DNA of 64,000 nucleotides from Macrostomum lignano (Eukaryota), in contig NIVC01004021.1 in the NCBI GenBank assembly GCA_002269645.1, forward strand, positions 1-64,000. Direction: 5' to 3'. The notes beneath the pieces are model-generated. The model did not search any database and was not told the DNA's origin. It worked only from the letters and a program-made list of their open reading frames with translations. How positions within the stretch are numbered: position 1 is the first letter of the stretch; each line of letters opens with the position of its first letter. This document shows, piece after piece, positions 22,955-35,661 of the stretch. The position numbers were made by a program, and so were the translations under genes.

Positions 22955-24457
22955 TCAAAAGTACATCCGGGTTACAGCGCTCTTCCACGCCCTCTTCCAC
23001 AGGTAGTCCTGCACAATGTTATTCTTCGAGGCAAAGAAAATATAGTCGTTGAGACTCGGGGGGCCAGAACTGGACGGCTCCATCCACACGAAAGCGTGGC
23101 CCTTCCAGAAATTTATCTGGCGCAGTTTGGCGTACTTTGCCACCACGCCGGTGAAGTGCACATCGTCTAGGCGGACCGCGCGCAGGCTCTGGCTGCAGCC
23201 CAGCGTCTTGGCGACGGCGCCACGCGACAGCACGTAGCCGAAGCCCAGGCAGTAGGGCGGGAACTTGTTCAACACCCAGTCCGAATAGGGCACGTACCAG
23301 AGACTTTTGGCACGGCGCACCGGGCTGCGGTTGGGCGTCACAGCGCAGTACAGAAAGTCCTGGCTTTCGCTCGCGGCTTTCGTCTCGGGTATAACGCGTA
23401 GGAAATTCGTCAAGTGTACAACATCCAGAAATGTGTCATCCTCAAGCTTTACAGCGTACTCAATGGACGGGCAGTAGTTGACTATCCAGTGCAAAGCCAG
23501 GTAACTCTTGAGCAGCAGGTTCGATTGTCGCTCTGGAAAGCCTCCGACTATGATGTCGCGATAGATGGCGCTCTCCCTAGACAGCAGCTCCTCCTGATCT
23601 GGCGTGCTTGGTAGGGCGACAAAGAAGACCAAACGGATCGGGATGCCGCGCACATTAGTTAATGAGCCATAGGTGTTGCGGATCAGCTGACGGCGCGACA
23701 GGTGAGCAAAGTGCGAATGCACGAACAATACAATGGCCACCTCGCCGCTGCACAAGTTGCGCTCGATGACGCGGTACTCGACCTTGGCGAACGGGTTTGA
23801 TGCCACGCCGCGGTGCGAGCTTTGACACGCTGCTCGGGCTGCCTCCTCCAATTTGAGCAGTTCCGCTTGGCTCTGACGCGCTTCCGGCGACAAACGTCGG
23901 TTGGGGTCTTCGTCTGTCACCTTCAGCGACACCCGAACTAGACTGGCTGCTGGCGACTTCATCAACAGTGTCTGCTCATCCTGAGGCTGCGCCGCCTGCA
24001 GCGACAGGTCGACGGCAGCAAACGGATCGTAGTCAGCTATGAAGTCGTTTGGCTTCACCAAACTCTCGGTGTCGCCGTAAGGCTTCAGAGCGGAGCCCGT
24101 TCCAGCGCCGGCACGCTGCTGAAATTGTTGCAGGTGCTGCCGACGCATGAACATTGGACTTCGCTGCAGCGCCTCGTAGTGCAGTAAGCCGGCCTCCTGG
24201 TCCGTGTCTGCGTCGTCCAGGCCGGCCGGGTCGATGGCGTGGTTGTTGACTCGACCGTAGCGAATTACCGAGTAGACGGTGAAAGCGAAGGCCACCAGGG
24301 TGAGCAGTACAACAAATCCCAGCAGGCTGATGCAGCAGTACATGGAGAACTTAACCAGGCCCAGCACGGCCAGGCGGGCTAGCTTGACTGACCAGTGCTT
24401 GATGAAGCCGAGCAGCTGCGCTAGCACGCGAGCGGTGGCTTGAGCAGTCCGGGCCAT
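22955..24457 (-). CDS. GT31-family beta-1,3-galactosyl/N-acetylglucosaminyltransferase, type II membrane protein, intronless, 500 aa
   Basis: N-terminal hydrophobic helix (YCCISLLGFVVLLTLVAFAFTVY), then family motifs RRQLIRNTYG, LVFFV, DIIVGGF, LLLKS, VKLEDDTF (DxD region), PPYCLGFGYVLS and LDDVHFTG. Confidence 0.92.
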   Translation of the reverse strand: MARTAQATARVLAQLLGFIKHWSVKLARLAVLGLVKFSMYCCISLLGFVVLLTLVAFAFTVYSVIRYGRVNNHAIDPAGLDDADTDQEAGLLHYEALQRSPMFMRRQHLQQFQQRAGAGTGSALKPYGDTESLVKPNDFIADYDPFAAVDLSLQAAQPQDEQTLLMKSPAASLVRVSLKVTDEDPNRRLSPEARQSQAELLKLEEAARAACQSSHRGVASNPFAKVEYRVIERNLCSGEVAIVLFVHSHFAHLSRRQLIRNTYGSLTNVRGIPIRLVFFVALPSTPDQEELLSRESAIYRDIIVGGFPERQSNLLLKSYLALHWIVNYCPSIEYAVKLEDDTFLDVVHLTNFLRVIPETKAASESQDFLYCAVTPNRSPVRRAKSLWYVPYSDWVLNKFPPYCLGFGYVLSRGAVAKTLGCSQSLRAVRLDDVHFTGVVAKYAKLRQINFWKGHAFVWMEPSSSGPPSLNDYIFFASKNNIVQDYLWKRAWKSAVTRMYF

Positions 24458-26916
24458 TATCTCCTGCTACAGCTGCCGTGAATGCAAATGCCTTACTCCG
24501 TTTTCTAGCTGGGCTGTGGCTATAAAAGTGCCAGAGAGTTCAGTGTTTTATAAAGTAGTCTCAGCTAGGTGGACATGCTGTATAGAAGTATAGAATTGTC
24601 ATGTAATGTCTTTCTCATGGAGGACGCGCGATGTGAGGAAAGGAAAGCCAATGAGAAACACTGACGCGACGTTAGAAAGACGGAAAATTGGGAAAGGAAT
24701 GGACAGGGAAATAACGGAGAGTTTGCCGCAAGAGGAGGGGGAAGTTAGTCCCAAGGAGGGTTAGAAAACGCTGGAAAAAGTGTACCAGTAGTTCAAACCT
24801 CTAGACGGCGTCTCAGTGTTTTTCTTTCTTTTAAATTTGCCCTTGAGAGAGACTGGCTGGCTGCACGGAGCGGGGGGCACAGAAGAAGACTAGGGGCAAG
24901 CTGGGGTTGGCGGAGAAGTATTAGCTCATAGCGGCCGCGATGGCGAGACCTGCAAGAGGATGCAAGAGGAGGAAGACTGAAGGATGGGGGCGGGGTGGTT
25001 GGGTAGTGATTCTAATTCCTCGCCCCACCCCCAGCTGTCGGCCGGTGCTGTCCGGAGAATCACTGATCGCCAGAGAGGGGAGAGGGTGGCCGGGGGGATT
25101 TAGCGGACTGGCATCGGACTGGCATGCACGCGAAACCTGCGCTCTGCTCAGCTCGGGCTGAGCGATCCGCTGTGTTGCTAAATGTGTATATTGCGCTGAG
25201 ATATATTTCTATGCATATTGCGAGCAAAGAACGGGGGATGCGGGTGACCGGGAAGACAGGGCGGGGCCGTCTGAGAAAAAATAAGATAAAACGAGCCGTT
25301 TGCCAACTTCGAGAGACGCGATAGATTTTGCCGCGGGGCTACGCGACGAGAATTCTCCACTCGATCAAATTTTTTCTCCATTAGCTCGAGGGGATTCGAA
25401 CTTGAGAGATTATTATAGCTTTTCTTTCCAATTCACGCATCGATCTTCCAGCGCCTGCACTTATGCAAATCTGAAAAGAAACTGCTATATGCATGTACGA
25501 GTATGATGTATTGCATAGTTGCAATTGAAACAGGCTGGCTAACCAACTTCATTCAAGCAAATTACTAATCACCACCCTAGGCCTAAAGCATCAATATTGA
25601 CGCTTTTGAAAGGGTCGAAATGAATTTAGATGTAACATGCAGTTTAGCCGTTCTAAAACCGAAATTCGAAACCGAAATTTTATAATTTAAATTCATGCAT
25701 AAAAATGCCTCTATCAACACGACAGCCCAGCCAACCTGCATTGGTGCGACAATTTCACTCAAGGTACATGTACTCACTGCTCATCTATACGGACTGACTG
25801 GCATTGAACTGCATCCGCTTGCTTGGGTGTGGCTCGTCAAACAGTTAGTTTCACAAGCATTTCGGTTTAAAAGTACACATAAAAGCAGGGGAATCTTGCT
25901 TCCCTGCCATGGCTATACAGATTGGCATGTCCAGGGTCAAATTTCTAATCGACTAAATGCTCCGCTAGAACATTGTCGGCGCATACTCGGGAGTATCCTG
26001 AAAGCAATGTGGCGGAGCTAGCGCTGGAGAAGCAGGAAATATAAATTGCCGTCTGCTGGCGGCGCTTGATCCCATATTTTCTCCCTAAGGATTTGCGAAC
26101 GCGTCTCGACAATCAGCTACAGTAGTTAGGCCTATCCGCACAGTCCAATGCTATGCTCGCGATGGCAGGGCAATTTCAGCTGGGCCTGCTGCCCACCGAG
26201 CTGCAGTACCCAATTGCAAATGCGAGCTTGCGGGGCGTGCAATTAATGGCAAATTCATGCACGCAATGTACACTGCAGAAATGATTAACAGTCAGAATTT
26301 CTGAGAACTGCATGAATCAAGGATTCAACATATGCCCCTCGTAGCATACAATTTCAAAACAAAAGCTGAAATTCAAAACGCGAAAATTCAGTTTTCAGCG
26401 TTTGACGACAAAATTATACTATTATGTACATTTGTACATGCATAATACATGCAATTTTGTTATAAAAATCCTATTTTCTATCAATATCTCACTTGTACAA
26501 TTGTGTACGGCATGGCAGTGCGAACAGCTACTGTACAATGTGCAAATGATGGACTCAGCAACTCCAGCCTCATGCATGCAACGCATTGAATTACGGGGGA
26601 GAAGGCCGACCAGGTGGCTGGAGATACAATTTCGATCAGAATTTTCAATCTATTAATTTTGAGCCTATATATACTACAGATTCATTATATTGACAGTAAC
26701 TACTGTGCAGAGAATCTCTGTGTAGCTGGAATTTCTAGGTCAAAGACAATGCAGTTGTCCATACGTGTATTTGTTTTCCGAGGACTGCATGCGCTATGCA
26801 CTATAATCACCTAGCTACACTGTAAGCTAGGGGACTTTGGACTTAAAGTGAAATGTTGAGCGAGCTGTCTCAGTTGCTGCATGGTCTGATTGACCGAAAC
26901 GATGTAATTAACACAG

Positions 26917-28438
26917 ATTCTATATTACCCAGATGAGCCACTCCAGCCGCCTGGCGAAAACCGCGGGTTCGATCAGACCATAGACTGTAGCTTCCCTAAC
27001 CCCGGAGTTTTCGGGCCGAGAGACAGCCTCTCGGAACATAGCGCAAATGCTGGAGTATATACTTCTAAGGTAAAAAATCTGTGATATTAAATTAGGTATA
27101 GTCCGGAGCTGAACTATGAGCTCCATTTCAGTACCTGCAATTCACTGCATTCTCATTTAAGCTGTCTGATTCTGGGGCCAAAGATCAACTCGTCGTCCTT
27201 GATTCGATGGAGCAGATTTGTTTTGCATGTTTTTCTCTCAAATTCAGTTAAAATATATAAATCTGAATTTGTCGTATTTAACTCTGGATCTGCTTATCTA
27301 TTGCAGTTGTTAGAGTTATATGTACAAGTTCATACTAAGTATACATGTATATACAAAGTAAATGTCATGCAATACATGCATACACACTTTTAAAAACGAA
27401 TTTACATAAAATTTCACGATTTAACGTGAAACTACATCGCACCATACTCGTATTTTCACACATGGATCACATGCATTGATATATATTGATATATATTTAG
27501 ATACACTTGTACAAAATAATATTTTTATTTCATAATTTACACTTGTACAATCAAAAGTTACTTATAGATTCTGTATACCTTATTTAGTAACTCGTTCTTG
27601 TTTTTTTTTAGGTTTTTTAACATTGTTGTCTTGTATGCAAAAATAAGAATATTATTTATTTCATTACAAGTTTTGCGTTTTACTAAAAAACTAGAACAAA
27701 AATTAGGAGACTTAGTTATATTTGAAAGTTCAGGGAAATTATCAAATTTTAAAAACTTTTTAAAACGAATTATTCAAAATTTAATACGTTTTTTTCTGCA
27801 TATATTAAGCATAAGATTAAATAAATGTAGTAGACTGAACTTGATATCTCTCCTTTTCTCTTTAGTACTTACCTACCTCTGGAAGTTTAGCATTGGCCTA
27901 CCTAGTACAGAAAGAACTCCGTTTTCCTTCTGGGTTACACCGCATCCAATCGATAATTCCTTACTGAGCTAGGCCTATTTAAATGGTTCCTGTTTAAGCA
28001 TTCCTGTTTAAGCAAACAGTAAGATTAGCAGGCTAGCTGTTAACTTGCCATAATTGTTTACTTAGCTTAAAGATTACTTTAGCCAGGGACCTTTTTTGTA
28101 TAATTGTGATCTTTAATTTGTGTTGTATGAAACACTGCCTTGAATTTAAATTACCATACTTCGAATACTATAAATAAGCACAACTTCAGCCCTAGTACCA
28201 GAAGTACCAGAGTGAAACGTCTTAATTTTTTATATATTAGACCTACTTTAAATTAAACATTTGATTCTTTCTAAGGGCAAACTTTGCCTATTACTGCCTA
28301 GATTAGATTGTCTCTGATCTAGGGCCTATTAAATATTGTTTTAATTGTAAGACAATACTATTAATAGAAAAACCTCAATCAATGAATCCAGAACAGGCTG
28401 AAAGCAGTACATCATTATCTCTTGAATCAGCCTCTAAA
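26917..28438 (+). CDS. Candidate N-terminal coding exons of beta-TrCP (26917-27069 and 28352-28438; alternative ATG at 28382)
   Basis: Both segments are open, phase 0 at both ends, and bounded by AG acceptors and GT donors (AAG|GTAAAA, AAA|GTAAGT). They join in frame to exon 35662. The peptides are non-conserved and low complexity, so support is splice logic only. Confidence 0.4.
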
Positions 28439-29068
28439 GTAAGTAACTATTTATGTATATATTGCTATCTATATATTTGTTGCTTTTTAAGCTTTAGATA
28501 ATTGATTTTTAGTATATAGATTAGAGATTTAGTATATTTAGAAGTTTTGAGCTTGGCAATGTCCTAGGCCTAGGTATATAATTTCTATATTATATTAAAA
28601 TTATTTTTATCAGTTTTTTTAAGTGTCGTTGCCAGAGTAAAAACTTTTTGTAATTTTGCGTAAATTACAACATACAAAATACGACTACATCACACAACAA
28701 TGTATTTTACGTAAAAAATTGCATATATTTTTTCCTGCATTGTATAACTTGATTAATCATTTTATAAATATATTAATAAAATAATTTAGCCTAGTATTAT
28801 TGGTAAATAAATTTCTGAGCGCTGATTATATCTGTTATTTTTTAATAATTATTAAAGTTTGTCCGCCATATTTTTACCGTTTTCAAAGTTGAAATGTTCT
28901 TTTGGTGAACCACTGGCGTACCACTTGGGAATCCTCCTTTTTCCTTCCGGTGTACCACATTACACCATCCGGACTATGGAATTTTAGTGTTAATTATAAC
29001 TAGACAGCCATAGCATTTTTGGCCAAGTTGTAGCCATTATATTGTCTAGGTTATACATTTTTACTGAT

Positions 29069-29659
29069 GGCAGTGCTTATCCCCACGGTACTGTAGGAAT
29101 AATTTGTCTTATTCCAACGGTACCATGGGGATAATTTTCTGCTTATCCGCACGGCACATTGACAAGATAGCTGCCCCATCTTCTACATATGCCGTGGGAA
29201 TAATTTTCTGCTTATCCGCACGGGTGAATTGTTAAAGCAATGCAATAATCTATACAAACAAATTGAGAATTTACATGTCTAGTAAGAAGTCTACAGAAGC
29301 AGCGGCAATGGACTTTTCGGGGATGTCGGGATTAGACTAGTTGCTAAAAGTTCTTAAATTGTAAACAATTACTAGAGCAATTCATCTTAAATCATACGTC
29401 ATAAATACAAAAAAGTGTTTTTTTGCGTAAAAAGGCCATTAAATCTTTACTTCTATAGAAATAATGGCCAAGCAAAGTTATGTTGTTATATTGCACTCAA
29501 ACCGTAAGTACTAAACTAAATTATGAACCCACAGCATATGTAGAAGATGGGGCAGCTATCTCGTCAGTGTGCCATGCGGATAAGCAGAAAATTATCCCTA
29601 CGGTACCATTGGAATAAGACAGAAATTATTCCTACGGTACCGTGGAGATAAGCACTGCC
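29069..29659. mobile_element. Mutator (MULE)-type MITE, 591 bp
   Basis: TIRs of about 125-130 bp starting GGCAGTGCTTATC and ending GATAAGCACTGCC. Perfect 9-bp target-site duplication TTTACTGAT at 29060-29068 and 29660-29668. No ORF. Confidence 0.9.
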
Positions 29660-30949
29660 TTTACTGATAGCTAGCAGGTATACAATGCATTTCCCAACAA
29701 TGCATTGTTAAAACCAAGTTGTGATAGCCCTTTTTCCTCTAATTTGATCTAATCCCACAATTGTAACCAGGTTGTGGATAGTATGCATGTATGCTGGAAC
29801 TTTTCTGGCGTATAAAATGGCTACCCTAAGTCCTTGGTATACACAATCAGTATACACAAACAACCCTTAGTGAACTTTGTTGGCATACACAAGTAACTTA
29901 GCCACATATACTTTTTTGGTATACAAATTTTGGTGAATAAATTGGCGCAATGTATAAAAATTATAATGTAAATTAATGTTTTTATGTAAAGTATCAGACA
30001 ATTTGTATTGTCAGTGATAAAATTTTTGCTTCTTTTGAAATTAACAATGAATAAAATTAGTGTAAATTTTTGCTAAGAGTATCAATTTTACATCATATTT
30101 TTTGTAGGTATAATTTAAGTTTGTTTAAATTTAAAACATTCGTAATATTTTAAAAACACTTTTCATACAAAAGCCTTTCTTAGAAAACTCAACTGGTGAA
30201 AACCGTATTACTTTTTTAGGAATTTTGGTGTACATTTTAGCACAACATTTTGTTTTTGGCATACAAAGTCCTTGATGCCCAAATTTGGTCTGGCGTATAC
30301 GGATATATGATCCGCACACTAGAACTGTAATATGTTGCATTTAAGTTTTTTTCTAACCTAATTTTTCTAAAATCTCTAAAACTTATACTAATGCTTTAAC
30401 TTTTTTTATAACTACTTTCTTAATTATTTACTAGCTGGATACTGAGTATAGGCCACATTCCCAAGTATGCGCTATGCATGGGAGAACATTGTTGCCCTAT
30501 ACTAGAGCCTGGCTGGGATAGTCCTAGGAAAAATCTAGCCAGGTGGGATTCAATTTATAAAAGTTGGAACTTACAATTGGTTGGGATTGGGATCAAGATT
30601 CACCATTGGCATCCAGGCGTATTTAGTTATACAATGGCTAAGTAAGGATGCATTTATTATTATTATATATGCATGTGTATTAATTAGTATTAATAGTCAA
30701 GTGCTATTACTATACTTGCCTAACTTGTACTTTAATATAAGGGATGTCCCAAAAGTAGTGTTAATTTTAGCCATAGCTCTTTTTTATAGCTTCCTATGAT
30801 TTTAAATTTTATGAACTGATAGTGGCAAATCTCTTTTACAGACTGCTTTTTGACTTTTTAAAATTGATACCAAAGAACAAAAGTTATACCCACAAAAGTA
30901 ATAGTACCTATACCATAGAGTTACACAAACTATAGGAACTGCAACATTG

Positions 30950-31200
30950 CAACATAGTGCTGAGCTTCACAAGATCCATGCTGAGTATGCTTTGATAGAT
31001 TGTTGATTTTGGCTGGTCTAACCTGTTAGCAATCTTTCTAATGATCATTTGGGAGTCCTCGTCAAGAAGCTCTAGAATAGAGTCTGCCAGTACATCAGGT
31101 CAATGAACATATGGCCACCCTGTCCAATGCTGATCTGCAACATCAGTCCTTCCCTCGTTGAACTACTCCATCCATCAATAAACTGTCATTTTGCTGACTG
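30950..31200 (-). pseudogene. Mariner transposase N-terminal remnant
   Basis: FNEGRTDVADQHWTGWP resembles F..G...L.D..RSGRP. It is followed by a stop and then ILELLDEDSQMIIRKIANRLDQPKSTIY (second HTH). The catalytic domain is absent. Confidence 0.75.
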
Positions 31201-31560
31201 CAGAGGATCCATATGCAGAGCAAAGTTTTGTGTGAATTTCTGAGGCACTGGCCCAAAGAGTGATGATGGCACTTCGCTGAGCAATAACTGAGTGCACATC
31301 CATGTGTGTTGTCAAGTATGGGCAATGAAATAATGAACAAATTGCAAAATATAAGCTCCTCTGTTTGCAAGTAAAGTAATAAATTAATTGCTTAATTTAT
31401 GGTCATCGATAAATAATTGCTTTATTTTTCTGCATATGATCTTATCCATAAACTAATTTCAGGCAGCCACAGAGAGCATCATTTTGCAATTGGGCCTTGT
31501 TTTTGCTTAAACAAGACATTTATCAATGTCTTCTTAATGAATGAGTGCAGAAGTTGACTA

Positions 31561-33206
31561 TAGCTTTTTGCAGCCCATTTGGGCTTATGCGCATTAAATT
31601 TAATCAAAGATAGGTTTTCCAAAGTAAATGAGCTTTTTTCATGGTCACAAGGGTGGCATAGCAGCATTTAATTTGGTCCAACAAGCATCAATTTGGTCCA
31701 TAGCGGCTGTAGATTATAGGTTTACCCCTAGCTTTTAACTTAGACATGACTGACACAAGCAAGTGAGAATGGAAGCATAGCTTCATTTGCAACAGCTGCG
31801 GAGAAGCAAGCTCAGCCCCAGGATTGTGGTCCATATGCTAGACTGTCAAATGAATGGCATAGGCTTGTAATCGAAGCACTTGATAGAGGTAAACATAAAC
31901 ACCCTAAGGACATTGCAACGTTGCTAAATGCCAAAGAAAAAATGGTTTATGTAAGCATCTGTCAGTGCATTGAAACCACTGGCAGAAGAGATCGTCTGCA
32001 AAGAGGTGGAAATTGCCAAAGCAAATTCCTAGAGCCTTAGGTCCAGTTGCTACTCAATGCAATTGAGAGAAACCCTTTGTTGATGTTGCAGCAAATGCTG
32101 CAGCAGGAGCTAAACCAACAGTTCCAGTTAGTTGTCAGTATCTCCACTATCAGCAGAGCTCTGGAAAAGCAACTGATTATGCTAAAAATTCTTGGTAGAG
32201 ATACTGACATTCCAGCAGTGCGCAACAGCCTGCAGATGGTTGCAAGAAGACAGGAGTTTGCTGAATGGCTGACAGCTCTTGACCCTGTGACTTCTAATTT
32301 ATCTGAACAAGACAGGATTTAACATTTGGACTCGAAGAATGCAAGGTCATGGTCATCAAGGTCAGCATATATGGTGCACCATTTATTCTCAGTGAGGTCA
32401 TCAAGTGAATGTACTGCAAGCAATTTCACCAACCATTGGACTTGTCTACCACAAAGTTGTGAGCCAGACTATGACTGGTGATCTGTTTCAGCAGTGCATC
32501 AATGAACTTGTGTGGTCCCTACTCAAACTTCATGGATTAGATGCCCAACAACAGGTGCGCATCATTATGGATGGTGCGCAGTTTCATAACGGAACCCAGA
32601 TTCTGGAAGTACATTAGGACAGGATCCAGCTCATCCAATTGCCCCCATATTCTCCATTTCTGAATCCTATTGAGGCTGCCCATTCCTGCCTGAAGGCTGT
32701 AATCAAACAGGAGCTCAGTGACCTGGCCACCCAACTAGAGCTTGATCAACCACCCTTGGCCAATGGAGAATACTGGTACTTCAGTGGATTGCAGAGGCTG
32801 CTACAGCTGCCATCACACCTTTAAAGTGTGCAGGTTGGTATTGGCAGATGCTGCATTTCGTGCCTACTTGCATTTCAGGAGAAAATGTCAATTAATCTTT
32901 GTTTTCCTCAGCAGAGTTTCGACTATGCTAAAAAAATCTGTTCCATAATTATAGTTAAGTAGAATACATTTCTGATGTTATCAGGTGTTACTTTAGTACA
33001 GTGAAATTTGCTTAAATAAATTGAATTCTATAGCTGCAACTCTTGATTAGGTTTCATAGTCGCTATGAACCAAATTGATGCTTGTTGGACCAAATTAAAT
33101 GCTGCTGTGCCACCCTTGCGACAATAGACAAAAGCTCATTTACTTTGGAAAACCTATCTTTGATTAAATTTAATGTGCAGAAGCCCAAATGGGCTGCAAA
33201 AAGCTA
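31561..33206 (+). mobile_element. Tc1/IS630-type DNA transposon, full length but decayed
   Basis: TIRs of about 145 bp at 31561-31705 and 33061-33206, with TA duplications at 31559-31560 and 33207-33208. Confidence 0.9.
31777..32900 (+). pseudogene. Tc1/IS630 DDE transposase pseudogene
   Basis: HTH region (KDIATLLN, RGGN, VSISTISRAL) and catalytic motifs IIMDGAQFH and LPPYSPFLNPIE. There are 33 codons between the second D and the E, including an in-frame TAG. It has several stops and frameshifts. Confidence 0.88.
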
Positions 33207-35661
33207 TATTATAAAATTTGATAGTTTGTGTAACTCTATGGTGTAGGCTCTGTTACTTTTGTGGGTATAACTTTGTTTCTCCAGCATCGATTTTTAAAAT
33301 TCAAGAAGCAGTTTGTAGAAGAGATTTGCCGCTATTAGTTCATAAAATTTTAAATCACAGGAAGCTATAGAACGAGAGCTATGATTAAAATTAACACTAC
33401 TTTTGGGATACCCCTCATATAAGTTAGTACTATTAGATTGTAGAGCCCAGACAAACTTAAGTTTTGGTCAAGTCAAGTACTTGATTGAAATTTGGGAGTT
33501 TGAGCTGAGTATTCAAGTCAAGTTTTGTTGAGCAGTTGAGTAGAAAGAAAATTTAGTAGTTAGTGAATTTCAAACCTCAACCTATTTGACTATTGTCATA
33601 TTTTTTGCACTGAACTTTATAATTTTCATTTTGTTAGTATTTTTAATAATTAAAGATTATCAAATAATACTTTTAGTACAAAATTAGGCTTTTCAATTAC
33701 TTTTTGTTTGAGTAAGTTGATTGATTCATTTAATTGAAGATATTCTAGAAAATCAGAAAAACCTCAAAGGCTCAAACTAAATAAACAAATCAATTTGGCA
33801 TACTTGCCTCATTTAGTCCTTTCAAAATTGCTTCTAAACAATTTTTAGGGTATACTTAAAATATAAAAAAAACTTTTTATAATCCTGCCTGACTTTTCCC
33901 AACTCCAGACACTTATTCCCAACATAGTCAGGAATCTGAAAAAACAGCTGGGTCCCGACCAAGTCAGGATTGGGATTGGGATCCTGGTCGGGCTCTACCC
34001 AACACATTGCATGCAAGAGGGTTAGATCAAATCTACCTAGTGTATACCAATGGACCAGTAGACCAAAAGAGAGGAAAGGGAGTTATAATATATGCAGGCT
34101 ATGAAAGGTCCAATCAATGTTAGAAAAAGTATTCAAAACTTTTAGAAATGAGAGTGCTAACAAACAACAGTTTTAAAAATGCTTAAATTTTGTAGTGACC
34201 TAAATAGTTATTCTTTTTTATCTTATATCAATAAAAAATAATGTTTATTTTAAAGTTGTCATAAAATGCTTAAGAAATAAAAATATCACATCATGTTTTA
34301 AGACCCAAGAAATTTTTGTATGGCATAGTGCATGACTCTGACAATGGTGATATCTAAAAATTTTTTAGCATGCATTGCTGCAAGGAGCATGCCAAAAAAA
34401 CTTTGTCAACTCCTTAATGTATGCTATGCACATGGCACTAGACTCTTTAGGACCTTGTTGCATTCAAGAATTTCCCAAAAATAGCATCTTTGGGAGTATG
34501 GACTATAGGTTATTGTCAGTATAATTTACCCTTGGTAGTTTCAGTGCCTAAGTGGCAAGACATTGTTGATTACTAACTACAAATTTCAAAATGACATTAC
34601 TAATAATTAAGGGGTTTTCTGACTTCCTTCATGGAATTACAGTCTATTACAACTTACCTTAGTACTGCATCATGCTTAATCTGTCTAAATGTTCTTACTT
34701 TTGGGTATCTCCTTCCCTTTTATATGACACTAGGCAATCTATCCCTTTTTCTTTTGCAGAACACTTTTTTCAATAATCATTGAATAAAGTTAATTATAAT
34801 TTTAAATAATTTTTAAATAAATAATTTTGCCTATTCAACTGGCAAAATGCCCTTTTTGCTACCTAAAACAGGTTCACTTTGCAATTCTGCTTTATTTGGC
34901 AAGTACTGCTTTGAACTCCTCATTTGTTTGCAGTCACTGCTTTAAATAACTAAGACTATAGAGATTTGAACCAAGTTAAAATTAACTATTTGTATTTGTA
35001 TTCTATTTATATTTGACAAAATATTTTTTCCCATTGGCTCACACTTATCAGTAAAACAAAACTTCAATAAAACAATTTGTATAGGTCAAGGGACCCTTAG
35101 TAAAGTCTATATATATTTATAAAATATATAACAGTGTTTTTAAAATATTCAATGTTTTAATTTTAGTTACTTTTTGAATATATATTAAAATTATAAATAA
35201 AGACAACTAAACTGAGATATTAGTCCAAAATTATAGACAAAAAAAAACTGGCTAGTGCATTTTTGACTCTAAAACTAAAAGCCTACTTATAGCCAAGGGT
35301 CACATTGAAATAAATTGGGTGTCTATAAATATGTTTTTTGCTACTGTTTGAATTTAGCTATTGGGAATTATATTACCCATGACTATATGTGTATAAGCTT
35401 ACACTTTCTATTATATTTAAGAAGTCAATTTGTTGCTAGAATGCTAATTCACTAGCAAAAATTATCATTGCCAAATATTTTCCTTAAAAATGATGTTTTT
35501 CTATAATCCCTTCTAGAATAAATCTGAAATATGTGTAAACTCCCCTTAAAGATGCAATTGCATAGGAATTGAAATGAAACTATGAAAGATTGGTAATAAA
35601 AATGCTTTCAATACTAAAGTTATCAAAAGTAGAAAATAATAATTTCTGCCACAACCCCCAG

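Larger units (their letters stand above)
30738..33417 (-). mobile_element. Internally deleted mariner derivative with about 195-bp inverted repeats, interrupted by a Tc1-like element
   Basis: Inverted repeats at 30738-30932 and 33222-33417, with ends TA|TAAGGGATGTCCCAAAAGT and TA|TGAGGGGTATCCCAAAAGT. A decayed mariner HTH remnant lies on the minus strand between them. Confidence 0.82.

Noticed and set aside
26960-26985. GGTTCGATC B-box-like motif
   Set aside because: No A-box spacing or cloverleaf; no tRNA or SINE supportable here or elsewhere in the window.
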